A stretch of DNA of 36,472 nucleotides from an uncultured Aminicenantes bacterium (GCA_965195285.1 CBDAFS010000060.1:1-36472), one strand, 5' to 3'; shown: positions 17,289 through 28,275, counted from the stretch's first letter. Notes: generated from the letters alone by a model not told the origin. Made by a program: numbers and translations.

Positions 17289-19916
17289 ATGTCATTGAAG
17301 TACGTATATTTTTTCTCAAAGGAAACCACAGAAGGCAATCGTGAGTTGAAAGAAATTCTGGGAGGAAAGGGCGCTGCTCTTGCTGAGATGTGTGATCTTG
17401 GACTTCCTATTCCACCTGGTTTTACCATCACTACTGAGGTCTGCAACCTGTATTATGAGAACAAAAAGAACTTTCCACAGGGATTAAAAAAGCAGGTAGA
17501 TGAGAAAATCGATCAACTGGAAATAGTTTTGGGAAAGAAGTTGGGTAGCCATGAAGATCCATTGCTACTTTCGATTCGTTCGGGAGCTGCCATTTCGATG
17601 CCCGGAATGATGGACAGTATCCTAAACCTGGGTTTGAATGATTTGACTGTGGAGGGGCTGGCAAAGTGTTCAAACAATGTACGGTTTGCCTACGATTCAT
17701 ACCGGCGATTCATTCAGATGTTTGGAGATGTTGTTTTCGGGATAGATCGTGATAGATTTGAAAATATACTGGAAAACATAAAATCCAGACGGGGGGTTTT
17801 TCATGATGTTGAACTAACCGGTGAAGATTTAAAAGAAGTTGTATCCAGGTATAAAGAATTATTTAAAAATGAAGTCGGGTTTGATTTTCCGCAGGATTTT
17901 AAAGTTCAGTTGTGGAAGGCCATTGCGGCGGTATTTGAATCCTGGAACAATGAGCGGGCAAAAACCTATCGGCGACTGGAAAATATAACCGGCCTGCTGG
18001 GAACAGCAGTCAACATTCAGGCCATGGTATACGGGAACCTTGGCGAAACTTCCGGAACCGGAGTAGCGTTTTCCAGAAATGCCTCAACCGGTGAAAATGA
18101 ATTTTTTGCAGAATACTTGATGAATGCCCAGGGAGAAGATGTGGTGGCCGGGATTCGAACGCCCAGGCATATCAATGAGTTATCCAAACAATTACCGGAG
18201 ATATACCAGCAATTGTTACAGTATAAAGATATTTTAGAGAGACATTATCGAGATATGCAGGACATTGAATTTACCATTCAAGAAGGGACCCTTTATATTT
18301 TACAGACCAGAACCGGAAAGAGAACCCCTCAAGCGGCTATAAAAATCGCCCTGGATATGGCTAAAGAGGGAATGATTTCCAGAACCGAAGCCATTATGCG
18401 GGTAAATCCAAAACAGTTATCTCAGCTTTTGCATCACAATATTGATGCCAGCCAAAAATATGAGACCCTGGCCACCGGGCTTCCGGCATCACCTGGGGCT
18501 GCTGTCGGTAAGATTGTTTTTACTGCCCGTAGTGCAGAAAAAATGGCAGCCAAGGGAGAACGGGTGGTTTTGCTCCGCAAAGAAACATCGCCAGAGGATA
18601 TTGCCGGGATGGATGCCGCCCAGGGAATTTTAACTTCTACCGGAGGATTAACTTCACATGCTGCCGTGGTTGCCAGAGGAATGGGAAAGTGTTGTGTGGC
18701 TGGATGTGGTGAACTGATTATAAAATCAGGCACCACCTGTGAAATTGCTGGAAAATTGTTTGAAGAAGGCGACTATCTTACTCTTAATGGTTCAACCGGT
18801 GAAGTGATAGAAGGTCAGCTTCAGTTAGCCATGCCTGAAATTTCAGGTAGTTTTAAGGAGTTTTTGCAGTGGGCGGATGAGGTAAAGACAATCCGGGTTA
18901 GAACAAATGCCGATAGTGCCAAAGACAGTATCATCGCACGTGAATTCGGAGCTGAAGGTATCGGACTATGCCGAACCGAACATATGTTTTTTGAAGAAGA
19001 GCGAATTGATGCAGTCAGGGAGATGATTTTTTCAGAAGAGAAAGAAGAAAGAATATTGGCTTTAAATAAAATTCTTCCCATGCAGATGAATGATTTTATC
19101 ACAATCTTTGAAGCCATGGATGGTTTCCCGGTAACCATAAGGCTGCTGGATCCTCCACTCCATGAGTTTTTACCCCATTCTGATGAGGATTTGGAAAAAT
19201 TATCCAAATTAATGGGTGCCGATATTTCCCGTCTGGAGCAAAAAAGGCAGAGTCTGAAGGAATTTAATCCCATGCTTGGTCATCGGGGCTGCCGATTGGC
19301 TATCTCCTATCCTGAAATTGCCGAAATGCAAACCGAAGCCATTATCAAAGCGGCCTTAGCGGTTAAAGCCAAAGGGATCAAGGTTTTCCCTGAAATCATG
19401 GTCCCCCTTATTGGAATCGAAAGGGAATTCGAGTTCTTGAAGGAAGTGATTGATCAAAAAGCAGAAGAAATATTCAGCCTGGAGAAATGCCGGATTGAGT
19501 ATAAGGTCGGGAGTATGATAGAAATCCCACGGGCCTGCCTGGTGGCTGACAGGGTTGCCGAAAATGCGGAATTTTTTTCTTTTGGCACCAATGATTTAAC
19601 CCAAATGACTTTTGGTTTTTCCAGAGATGATACCGGACCCTTTCTCAAGGAATATTTGAGAAGAAAAATATTAACCGAAGACCCCTTTCAGATTTTGGAT
19701 CAAACTGGAGTCGGCGAATTAATTAAAATTGCAATTAAAAGGGGAAGATCGGTAAGAAAGGATCTGAAAGTTGGTATTTGCGGAGAACATGGAGGTGAAC
19801 CGAAATCAGTTGAGTTTTGTGTGAACAACCAGATGGATTATGTTTCATGTTCTCCCTATCGAGTACCTATTGCCAGATTAGCTGCAGCCCAGACAGAAAT
19901 TAAAAATTCAGTATAA
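17289..19916 (+). CDS. ppdK: Pyruvate, phosphate dikinase
   Basis: Motifs LGGKGA, PPGFTITTE, RSGA..SMPGMMD, GEDVVAGIRTP, GGLTSHAAVVAR, GIGLCRTEHMF, FSFGTNDLTQ, GICGEHGG. Confidence 0.97.
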   Translation: MSLKYVYFFSKETTEGNRELKEILGGKGAALAEMCDLGLPIPPGFTITTEVCNLYYENKKNFPQGLKKQVDEKIDQLEIVLGKKLGSHEDPLLLSIRSGAAISMPGMMDSILNLGLNDLTVEGLAKCSNNVRFAYDSYRRFIQMFGDVVFGIDRDRFENILENIKSRRGVFHDVELTGEDLKEVVSRYKELFKNEVGFDFPQDFKVQLWKAIAAVFESWNNERAKTYRRLENITGLLGTAVNIQAMVYGNLGETSGTGVAFSRNASTGENEFFAEYLMNAQGEDVVAGIRTPRHINELSKQLPEIYQQLLQYKDILERHYRDMQDIEFTIQEGTLYILQTRTGKRTPQAAIKIALDMAKEGMISRTEAIMRVNPKQLSQLLHHNIDASQKYETLATGLPASPGAAVGKIVFTARSAEKMAAKGERVVLLRKETSPEDIAGMDAAQGILTSTGGLTSHAAVVARGMGKCCVAGCGELIIKSGTTCEIAGKLFEEGDYLTLNGSTGEVIEGQLQLAMPEISGSFKEFLQWADEVKTIRVRTNADSAKDSIIAREFGAEGIGLCRTEHMFFEEERIDAVREMIFSEEKEERILALNKILPMQMNDFITIFEAMDGFPVTIRLLDPPLHEFLPHSDEDLEKLSKLMGADISRLEQKRQSLKEFNPMLGHRGCRLAISYPEIAEMQTEAIIKAALAVKAKGIKVFPEIMVPLIGIEREFEFLKEVIDQKAEEIFSLEKCRIEYKVGSMIEIPRACLVADRVAENAEFFSFGTNDLTQMTFGFSRDDTGPFLKEYLRRKILTEDPFQILDQTGVGELIKIAIKRGRSVRKDLKVGICGEHGGEPKSVEFCVNNQMDYVSCSPYRVPIARLAAAQTEIKNSV

Positions 19917-19924
19917 TAAATCAT

Positions 19925-20833
19925 ATGAAGGCTTTAGAGATAACAAATTTAAAAAAGTCGTTTTCATCTAATTTTTTTTTGAAAAAGTATAACATCCTCA
20001 AATCTATCAATATGAATGTCGAAAGAGGTGAAATATATGGCTTTCTGGGCCCTAATGGCGCGGGGAAAACCACTACCATAAAATGTGTTCTTGGGTTAAT
20101 ATTCCCCGATTACGGAAATATTTTGATCGACAATAAGCCAGCTCATAGTCCAGAGATAAGACAAAAACTGGGATTCTTACCTGAGAATCCCACTTTCTAT
20201 GATTACCTGACGGCCGAGGAGTTACTCCTTTTCTCTGCGAGACTCTTTTCGATTCCATCGAAAAAGTCCTCAGAAGTCATAAAGTATTTGATTTCCATGG
20301 TGGGATTGGATGGCAAGGAAAATGTAAAGTTAAAAAACTTTTCAAGGGGCATGATTCAGCGAATTGGTTTTGCTCAGGCCTTGATAAATGACCCGGATAT
20401 CATTATTTTAGATGAACCCTTTTCAGGCCTTGATCCGATTGGGCGAAAGGAATTAAGGAATATTATTATTGCCTTGAAAAAAAAGGGGAAGACCGTATTT
20501 TTTTCTTCTCATATCCTTCAGGATATGGAATTAATAGCAGATAAGGTTGGGATTATATTTAATGGGGAGATTATCAAAGAAGGAAAACTCTCGGAATTGA
20601 TCTCCCACAGTGTTCAATATTATGAACTCATTTTTTCGAATATTGATGAAAACCGAATCAGAGCCAACAATTTGAGTTTTGAGTGCAGGGAAGGAAATTA
20701 TATCATTAGAAGTCCGGAAATTGATGAGTTGAACAGGGTAATTGAATTTGTCATTTTAAATAGAGGAAAAATTATTTCGGTAACTCCCGCAAAAATGACT
20801 CTTGAAGATATCTTTTTAAAGGAAATTAAATAA
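19925..20833 (+). CDS. ABC transporter ATP-binding protein (PilH-like)
   Basis: GPNGAGKTT, FSRGMIQR, LDEPFSGLDP, SSH; context next to pilD. Confidence 0.88.
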   Translation: MKALEITNLKKSFSSNFFLKKYNILKSINMNVERGEIYGFLGPNGAGKTTTIKCVLGLIFPDYGNILIDNKPAHSPEIRQKLGFLPENPTFYDYLTAEELLLFSARLFSIPSKKSSEVIKYLISMVGLDGKENVKLKNFSRGMIQRIGFAQALINDPDIIILDEPFSGLDPIGRKELRNIIIALKKKGKTVFFSSHILQDMELIADKVGIIFNGEIIKEGKLSELISHSVQYYELIFSNIDENRIRANNLSFECREGNYIIRSPEIDELNRVIEFVILNRGKIISVTPAKMTLEDIFLKEIK

Positions 20834-21597
20834 TGAAGCTTTGGGCAATTGCTGTTAACACTTTTAAAGAAGCGGTTCGGAATAAAATTTTTTATTTGTT
20901 ACTGGTATTTGGAATTATTTTTGCCCTTAGTTCCCGATTGGTTGGCCTATTAACTCTTGGTGATTCCACAAAAGTTTTGAAGAATGTCGGATTGGCGTCT
21001 ATTAATTTTTTCAGCGTTTTGATCGCTATTTTTACTGGCATAAATCTTATATACAAAGAGCTTGATAAAAAAACCATATATAATATCCTCAGTAAACCCA
21101 TTTCCAGATCCGATTTTATCATTGGAAAATTTTTAGGGCTGGCCTATACGATTCTGGTTGCCTTGGTTTCCATGGGAATTGTTTTCTTCGTATTTCTGTT
21201 TATCTCAACCGGAGAGTTTGATTGGCGAATTCTTATTTACTTTGGCCTGTTGTATTTGGAGCTGTTAATCATCACTTCAATTTCACTGGTTTTTTCGTCT
21301 TTTTCCACACCAATTCTCTCTTCAATCTTTACCATCATCATTTATTTGGTGGGTCATGTCTTATGGACGTTTAATGAGTTTAAACACAAGTTGGTGGAGC
21401 CTGTTTTCAAGGTGATTGTTCATTTCTTTTATTATATTCTTCCCAATCTGGAAAAGTTCAATCTAAGGGATCAGATTGTTATGAATATGAAAATCGACAT
21501 GAAAATTGTATTTGTTTCCGTTATTTATGGAATTCTATATATTGCAGCTTTACTCATACTGGCAATTTTAATATTTAACAAAAGAGAATTTAAATAA
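20833..21597 (+). CDS. ABC-2 permease (PilI-like)
   Basis: IA.NTFKEAVR, KE.DKKTIY.ILSKPISR..FIIGKF; about six TM segments. Confidence 0.85.
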   Translation: MKLWAIAVNTFKEAVRNKIFYLLLVFGIIFALSSRLVGLLTLGDSTKVLKNVGLASINFFSVLIAIFTGINLIYKELDKKTIYNILSKPISRSDFIIGKFLGLAYTILVALVSMGIVFFVFLFISTGEFDWRILIYFGLLYLELLIITSISLVFSSFSTPILSSIFTIIIYLVGHVLWTFNEFKHKLVEPVFKVIVHFFYYILPNLEKFNLRDQIVMNMKIDMKIVFVSVIYGILYIAALLILAILIFNKREFK

Positions 21598-22439
21598 TGA
21601 GTCAAAAGTGGTGGTTTGTATTTGTAGTGCTGATCATTTTATCGGGATTTTTACAATTTAGTTATGATACCCGGATTGAGTATTTTGCGGAAAAGGAGAC
21701 ATTTATTTCACTTCCCTCCGGTAACACCTTGAAGATTTTATCATTTGGAAATTCAAATTTTGTGGCCGATATGTTGTTTATCTGGTCTGTTCAGTTTTAT
21801 TCAACCTTGAATCTTACCAACCGGTTTGACTATATTGAGGATGTTTTCAATGTGATTACCGATTTGAATACGCAATATAGATCAGCTTATTATTATGGAG
21901 CCATTATAATGGCTTTGGAAGCCAGGGAATATAAGATGGCTATCAGATTGCTGCAGAAGGGATCCCGACATATGAACCACGAATGGATTTTTGATTATGA
22001 ATCGGGTTATTATGCCTATAAGTTTCTTAAGGATTATAAGTTGGCTGAATCGTATTATTTGAAGGCCAGTCAGAATCCGGATGCGCCCTCTTTATTAAAA
22101 AGAAGGAGGGCACACATGGTTTATATCAGAGATGATTTAGCCCTGGCCCATGAACTGTGGACAGAAATATACGAGCATGCCAAAACCCAGTTGGAGAAGG
22201 ATGCTGCCATATTCCATCTCTATCAGATTAAATTTGAATTGGATAAAAGGCTATTGGAACAGAAAATTCAGTTATATAAAGCGAGGTATGGTCGAAATCC
22301 AATAGATTTGGATGAGCTGAAACGGGTGGGTTTTATAGATAAAATACCCATCGATTTTCATGGTAATGACTATATATATGATATCAAAAAAGGGAAAATA
22401 ATGGCAAAGAGGATTTACAGATGGAAGAAATCTCATTAA
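21597..22439 (+). CDS. Membrane-anchored TPR-like protein (PilG-like)
   Basis: N-terminal TM helix, ADML...VQ, ITDL...Y, helical repeats, and a C-terminal GRNP.DL.EL...G...IP.D..G..Y motif. Confidence 0.65.
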   Translation: MSQKWWFVFVVLIILSGFLQFSYDTRIEYFAEKETFISLPSGNTLKILSFGNSNFVADMLFIWSVQFYSTLNLTNRFDYIEDVFNVITDLNTQYRSAYYYGAIIMALEAREYKMAIRLLQKGSRHMNHEWIFDYESGYYAYKFLKDYKLAESYYLKASQNPDAPSLLKRRRAHMVYIRDDLALAHELWTEIYEHAKTQLEKDAAIFHLYQIKFELDKRLLEQKIQLYKARYGRNPIDLDELKRVGFIDKIPIDFHGNDYIYDIKKGKIMAKRIYRWKKSH

Positions 22440-23185
22440 TATTACTGGGCTTAATCATCGGTAGTTTTTTAAATGTTGTTATTTTCAGGTTACCCCTGGA
22501 AAAAAGTATTGTTACACCCGGATCATACTGCCCCCGCTGTAAAACACATATAAAATTTTACGACAATATCCCGGTTCTGAGTTTTATTTTTTTAAAGGGA
22601 AAATGCAGAAGCTGTAAAAATAAAATACCTATTCAATACCCGATGATCGAAATTCTGACTGCTTTCAGTTTCTGGTTTACCTTCAAAACTTTTGGCTATT
22701 CCCCGATTTATACCGGCTTTACGATTGTTTTTATTTGTCTGCTTATTGCCTTGGCATTGATCGATTTAAAGCATATGATACTTCCGAATGAACTCACTCT
22801 CGGGGGGGGGCTGGTGTTTCTGGTTTTCTCCTTTTTTAATCCTGAAATTACTTATTGGGATGCATTTGCCTCTGCTTTTGGGTCAGCCTTAATTTTTGCC
22901 GGTTTGTATTTCTTCTATTTAAAGGTCAGGAAAATAGAAGGCCTTGGATTTGGGGATGTTAAAATGATGATCCTGCTGGGGGCCTTCCTGGGTTTGAAGA
23001 AATTGGTCATCGCTGTATTAATCAGTTCTCTTTCTGGTCTGCTGGTGGGCATCCTTATTATTATCTTCAAGAAAAAGAATTTAAGATTTCAGCTGCCTTT
23101 TGGTACTTTTCTCGGTTTTGGGAGTTATGTTTCAATATTTTGGGGAGAGGAAATTTTAACATTTTTACATTCCCTTTACCGGTAA
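22421..23185 (+). CDS. pilD: Prepilin peptidase / N-methyltransferase
   Basis: GSFLNVVIFRLP, CPRC...CRSC, DNIP, ALID, GLGFGDVKM, LPFG.FL. Confidence 0.95.
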   Translation: MEEISLILLGLIIGSFLNVVIFRLPLEKSIVTPGSYCPRCKTHIKFYDNIPVLSFIFLKGKCRSCKNKIPIQYPMIEILTAFSFWFTFKTFGYSPIYTGFTIVFICLLIALALIDLKHMILPNELTLGGGLVFLVFSFFNPEITYWDAFASAFGSALIFAGLYFFYLKVRKIEGLGFGDVKMMILLGAFLGLKKLVIAVLISSLSGLLVGILIIIFKKKNLRFQLPFGTFLGFGSYVSIFWGEEILTFLHSLYR

Positions 23186-23217
23186 TATGATTGGGAATCA
23201 TTCAGGGGAGTAATACC

Positions 23218-24540
23218 ATGAAAAAGTACGTTATAGTCATTTTAATCATTGTTCAATTGCTACTATTGTTCTTCTTTCAAAATCTCTATTTTTTATTCAA
23301 GGAACTGGAGGCAGTTGATTTAAATGATATGAAAGCCAAGGTTGAATTGGTGGATCATATCGGTCAAATGAAGAAAATATTCTCACTGTTTTCAATCTTA
23401 ATCGGACTGTTTTTAATTGCCTCTGGAATATATCTGGGTTACCTATTTAAAAAGTCCAAGGATGAGATAAAATTTAAAGATGTTTCTCCGCTTCAGACTT
23501 ATCTGCAAGAACTGAGAAACAGTGAAATTGAATTGAAAGGTATAGTTGAGAAGCAGCAGGAAAAAGTCAGTGGAAAGGAAGAGTTGAGCAGAAGTATTAT
23601 CAATAATATAAATGCAGCTATCATATTTTTAAATCAATTCAATCGGATTGATATCTTCAATGTCAATGCAGAAAAAATGTTTAACCAGAGTTATGTCAAT
23701 GCCAGAAATAATAACCTGGAAAATGTGTTGCGCCCATTCCCGGAGCTGATAAGCTTTCTAAATGCCAACCCGGGAAAAAAAGTATATTCTGACATTGAAT
23801 CTTCAGGAAAGATATTCCGTCTGGATTTAATTCCCATGAAGAAAACGGGAACATTGATCATCATTAGAGATGTTACTGAAGACAAACAACGCGAGGAAAT
23901 TGACAGAAGAAATAAAAATTTCATCATGCTGGGAGAGATGACCGCTTATCTGACCCATGAAATGAGAAATTCTTTGGGAGCTATTTACGGTTATGCCAAA
24001 GCGCTTCAATCTGAACTGAAAAATACGGGCACACAGAAGATTGCCCATAAGGTCAATAAAGTAAATCAGGAAATTGAGCTTTTGACCGCTTCCATGGAAA
24101 GTTTCCTTAATTTTTCAAAACCCATTTCTGTGGAAGTGAAAAAGGAAATTAATATTATTGAGTTGATAAAAAAAATCGGGCAAGAGAATAAGATAAAAAT
24201 CAATCTTCCCCGGACAGAGGTTATTTTAAAGTGCGATCCCGTATTGATCAATTCGATTTTTTTCAACCTGGTTTTAAATGCCAAAGAAGCAAAAGCAGAC
24301 CGGATTGATATTGTCTTTGAAAACCAAGAACCTATGGAAATTCTTTTTAAAGATAATGGCCAGGGCATGAAATCTGAAATCCATGAAAAAATATGGTTGC
24401 CTCTGTTCACCACCAAGGAAAAGGGTACCGGAATGGGTCTGGCTATCGTTAGAAAGATTGTTAATTCGCTTCAGGGAGATATTTGCTTGATTGAATCAAC
24501 ACCAAAAGGCACAACTTATAAAATTGTTTTATTTCCCTGA
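23218..24540 (+). CDS. Membrane PAS-domain sensor histidine kinase (PilS-like)
   Basis: Two TM helices, PAS domain, LGEMTAYLTHEMRN, NLVLNA, DNGQG, FTTKEKGTGMGL. ATG 23218 follows GGGGAG. Confidence 0.88.
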   Translation: MKKYVIVILIIVQLLLLFFFQNLYFLFKELEAVDLNDMKAKVELVDHIGQMKKIFSLFSILIGLFLIASGIYLGYLFKKSKDEIKFKDVSPLQTYLQELRNSEIELKGIVEKQQEKVSGKEELSRSIINNINAAIIFLNQFNRIDIFNVNAEKMFNQSYVNARNNNLENVLRPFPELISFLNANPGKKVYSDIESSGKIFRLDLIPMKKTGTLIIIRDVTEDKQREEIDRRNKNFIMLGEMTAYLTHEMRNSLGAIYGYAKALQSELKNTGTQKIAHKVNKVNQEIELLTASMESFLNFSKPISVEVKKEINIIELIKKIGQENKIKINLPRTEVILKCDPVLINSIFFNLVLNAKEAKADRIDIVFENQEPMEILFKDNGQGMKSEIHEKIWLPLFTTKEKGTGMGLAIVRKIVNSLQGDICLIESTPKGTTYKIVLFP

Positions 24541-24599
24541 ATCCCAGACTTGAACCCGGTTTTTGTTGCTGACCCACAGAAGAACTGTTTTCATTGTGG

Positions 24600-27500
24600 T
24601 CAGGAACGGTCTTCCGGAACCAATTGATTTTTTCCGGTCATTTTCATAGAGTAAATGGTTGAGATACCCGGTTCATTCATGGTTATTCCATAAATATAAT
24701 CAGCTTCTTCCATGGTTTTAAAGTTATGGGTAATAATGAGAAATTGGGTTCTTTCTTTTAGTTTGTGTACGAATGTCAAAAACCTCTGAACATTTGCTTC
24801 ATCCAATGAGGCATCAACTTCATCAAAAACACAGAATGGCGACGGTTTGTATTCAAACAAAGCAAAAAGAAATGCCAGGGAGGTCAGTGCTTTTTCTCCT
24901 CCCGAAAGCAAACGCAGGCTCTGCAGTCTTTTCCCGGGTGGCTGGGCCTTGATTTCCAGTCCGGTTTCCGTGATGTTGTCTGCATCGGTGAGCATCAGTT
25001 CTGCCTCCCCACCTTCAAATAGTATCTGAAAGTTTTTCTGGTAGTTTTTCGTTATTTCCTTAAATGCTTCTAAAAAAGAAATCTGGGACTCTTCATCGAT
25101 CTTTTTTATGGCATTGTTCATATCCGTAATTGATTTTTCTATGTCTTCTTTTTGAGATAGCAGAAAATGATGATCTTTGGAAAGGATTTCGTACTCGGAT
25201 TCAGCTGAAAAATTAAGGCGATCACTATCTCTCATTTTAATCATTCTATCATTGGAAGTTTGGTATTGGGTTTCCAGAGCTGAAACATCCATGTGTTGTA
25301 GACCTTCTTGCTCATCAATCTGATCCAATTCGGTATTTAATTCTTTAAAAGCAGAATCTTGCAATTGGAAAATGTCTTTCTTGATGGATGAAAAATCAAT
25401 TTCCATTTTGCTTTTATTCTCTTTTATTTCGTCCAGGGTTTTTCGTTTTTGTTTCAGATCAGCCGTAATGGCTTTCAGTTCTTCATTGACGTTTTCAAAT
25501 TCCTGATCAAGATTTTTGGTTTGTTTTTCCATTGTGTCTTTATTCAGGTTTAGATTCCGGGTGTCTTTTTCAATATTTTTGATCTTTTGATCGGTTTCTG
25601 ATAATTCCTTTTCCAGTTTTGAGATTTCCTTCAAATTGAGGTTGTTTTGATTTGAGAGTTTGAGTTTATTTGCCTCCAATTCCCTTAATTTGGTCCGGGT
25701 AGAGGTCAGTTTTTCGTTTAATAGATTGATCCGGCTGTCTTTTTGCAGAACGTTTTTTTCCTTTTGATTGACATCTCCCTCTAACTCTTGAACATTTGCC
25801 TCAAATTCTTTTTGTTTCTTCTCCAATGTTTGATATTCTTTTTCATGAAGTGCGCGCTGCTTTTTTGATTTTTGCAGTTCATTATGATTTTTCTCTTTTT
25901 CAAGGGCAAGTAATTCCAATTCTGATTCATTAAGCTTTACACGGTTCAAATAGGTGCCTCTATTTTTTTTCACTTCATTCAGCTTGGCATCGACTTGGAT
26001 ATATTTTTCCTTTAAGTTACTCAGGCTATTTTTTTCCTTTTCTACTGTTTCTTTGAGATCCTGATATTTTATTTGCTCCTGTTTCAGACTTTGACCTGAG
26101 ACTTGCAGTCTTTTCTCCAATTCCGTTTTTTTGATGTTGATTTTTTTGATCTCATCTATGACATTCAGAATGCCTTTTCCTCTCTTTCTTATTATTAAAC
26201 CATCTTTGTTAATGATTTCGGCATTTTGGGTTACCACATCAACGGCATACTTTTTAAAAATCTTTATACCATTTTGGATATTATCGACCAGGATTCCTTT
26301 TTTCAGGAATGGTTCGACTTTCTTGTTCCGGAGAACAACTAAATTTGTTACATAGGCCTGAAATCCAGTTTCTTTTTCAATTTCCCGGGGAATGAGCGGA
26401 TTGCCTTGTCTGGTTATTAGAAATTTGTTGGCCTTTTTTTGGGAAATATCCTTTTCTTCTGTCAACATGATGGCATCCAATTCTTCATAATAGAGGTTTT
26501 CGATAATGTCGTGATATTCTTTTTTTACCTCAATGGAATCCTGGAGCAATTCATTATTCCGGGAATCAATGGATTCGTTTTCAAAACCCATAATTTTTTT
26601 CTTTATTTCCCCATACTTTTGTTGCTGATTTCCCAAACCGATTATCTCATTTTCCAGGTTCCTCAGTTCCGTTTCCAGTTTTTCAATTTTTTCTGCATAC
26701 CTTATCTCGGCTTCCTCTTTGGTTTTGTATTGAAACTCCCCTTTCTCGATTTCTTCTGTCAACTTTTCTATTTCATTTTGAATCTGCCGAATTTCCAGCT
26801 CATTGATTTGTTTATGCAATTCATTGATAAAGTTTTTTTTGCTGTCCATTTCATTTTGAATACGATTGATCTTACTTTCCATATCCAAAATTTTGTTTTG
26901 GCTAAGAGCCTTTTTTCCTTGAATATTAAATATCTCTGCTTTAATATCTGATAAATGGGCTTTCAATCCAACAATTTTTTGCTGCACATGGGATAAGTCA
27001 GATTTATTTTTTTCATTAATAGATGCTTCGTTTTGCATTTGCACCTGTAATTCATTCGTTTTCTGGTTCTCGGTTTCAACCCACCTGGTTAAGTTTTGAA
27101 TTTCGAGTTTGTTGGATTCAATTGTTTCCTTTTTTTCCTTTATTTTTTGCCGGTTAAAGTCATTTTGTTGTTGAAATTTTTCAACTTCACTATTATTCGA
27201 AAATATATTGCGGTTTGTGCTGAAGGTATTCTGTTGATTCTGCTTTAGATCTTTATCTGTCTGCCACAGTTTCTCTTCCAATTGAATGTCCTTTTTTTCC
27301 AAGACTGAAATTTCTTTTACTTGAATGGCCTCTTGATTGATTAATTTCTCGATTTCAGATTTTAAAACATCAAAATCCTTCTGAAAAACCAGATGTTTTC
27401 TTTTCAGCAGTGCCTGGAGAAAGCTATTTCTTTCCTTTTTAAGATGTCGGAAACGGCTTACATAATTAACCTGATTTTTCAGTTCTCTTAATCTGCCATC

Positions 27501-28079
27501 CTTATCCGTGATGAGGATTCCTATATTTTCCAGGTTTTGTTCGGCAATAATCAATTTATTGGTGGTTTCTTTCTTTCTTTCCAGATACTGTGATATTCCG
27601 GCAGCTTCTTCAATCAGCAGTCTTTTTTCACTGGGTTTCAATGATATGAGTCGGTCAATGCTTCCCTGTTCAAATATGAAGTATTTTCTCTCTCCCAATT
27701 GCATTTGAAATAGTGCATTCTGGATATCTTTATTTCGGCAATATTTTTCATTTAAAATATATTTACTCTCTCCGGATCTAAAATATCTTCGGGCAAAATA
27801 GAGTTGCTCTCCATGATTCATGAAATAAGAGCCCACTTCAGTCATCCCCAGGGGTTTTTTTGAATGACTTCCATTGAAAATCAAATCTTCGTTATTTTCT
27901 CCTCTCAGGTTTTTAATACGCTGTTCTCCCAGCACCCAGAGAATGGCATCAACAATATTGCTTTTTCCACAGCCGTTGGGGCCCACAACAGCCGTAATGC
28001 CTTTGTGAAATTTTAATACGGTTTTATCAGGGAATGATTTAAAACCATGCAATTCAAGTTTATCGAGATAAATGTCCAT
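24600..28079 (-). CDS. smc: Chromosome partition protein SMC
   Basis: GFKSF, VGPNGCGKSN, long coiled coils, PPGK, LSGGEK, FDEVDASLD, ITH. Confidence 0.95.
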   Translation of the reverse strand: MDIYLDKLELHGFKSFPDKTVLKFHKGITAVVGPNGCGKSNIVDAILWVLGEQRIKNLRGENNEDLIFNGSHSKKPLGMTEVGSYFMNHGEQLYFARRYFRSGESKYILNEKYCRNKDIQNALFQMQLGERKYFIFEQGSIDRLISLKPSEKRLLIEEAAGISQYLERKKETTNKLIIAEQNLENIGILITDKDGRLRELKNQVNYVSRFRHLKKERNSFLQALLKRKHLVFQKDFDVLKSEIEKLINQEAIQVKEISVLEKKDIQLEEKLWQTDKDLKQNQQNTFSTNRNIFSNNSEVEKFQQQNDFNRQKIKEKKETIESNKLEIQNLTRWVETENQKTNELQVQMQNEASINEKNKSDLSHVQQKIVGLKAHLSDIKAEIFNIQGKKALSQNKILDMESKINRIQNEMDSKKNFINELHKQINELEIRQIQNEIEKLTEEIEKGEFQYKTKEEAEIRYAEKIEKLETELRNLENEIIGLGNQQQKYGEIKKKIMGFENESIDSRNNELLQDSIEVKKEYHDIIENLYYEELDAIMLTEEKDISQKKANKFLITRQGNPLIPREIEKETGFQAYVTNLVVLRNKKVEPFLKKGILVDNIQNGIKIFKKYAVDVVTQNAEIINKDGLIIRKRGKGILNVIDEIKKINIKKTELEKRLQVSGQSLKQEQIKYQDLKETVEKEKNSLSNLKEKYIQVDAKLNEVKKNRGTYLNRVKLNESELELLALEKEKNHNELQKSKKQRALHEKEYQTLEKKQKEFEANVQELEGDVNQKEKNVLQKDSRINLLNEKLTSTRTKLRELEANKLKLSNQNNLNLKEISKLEKELSETDQKIKNIEKDTRNLNLNKDTMEKQTKNLDQEFENVNEELKAITADLKQKRKTLDEIKENKSKMEIDFSSIKKDIFQLQDSAFKELNTELDQIDEQEGLQHMDVSALETQYQTSNDRMIKMRDSDRLNFSAESEYEILSKDHHFLLSQKEDIEKSITDMNNAIKKIDEESQISFLEAFKEITKNYQKNFQILFEGGEAELMLTDADNITETGLEIKAQPPGKRLQSLRLLSGGEKALTSLAFLFALFEYKPSPFCVFDEVDASLDEANVQRFLTFVHKLKERTQFLIITHNFKTMEEADYIYGITMNEPGISTIYSMKMTGKNQLVPEDRS

Positions 28080-28275
28080 CAGTGTTATGATTAACCCGCT
28101 TTATTTTTATGTTTTTACAAAAAAATGATAAAAATTTATTCTATAAAATACCACAATTCAATAGAATTGTAAATCAGGTTTTTTCTGATAGTTTATATTA
28201 ATCAAACTCATCCCAATTATTATAAAAATTTGAATATTTCATATCACCTTGTTTGGTTGAAAAGCGATCAATTTT

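Noticed and set aside
17431-19648. Several minus-strand ORFs within ppdK (similar ones lie within smc, recG and the HDOD gene)
   Set aside because: Antisense or off-frame shadows of well-supported genes, with no recognisable motifs.
24600-28079. SMC as a Wadjet/MksB or other defence ATPase
   Set aside because: Canonical chromosomal SMC head motifs and length; no jetABD or mks partner genes nearby.
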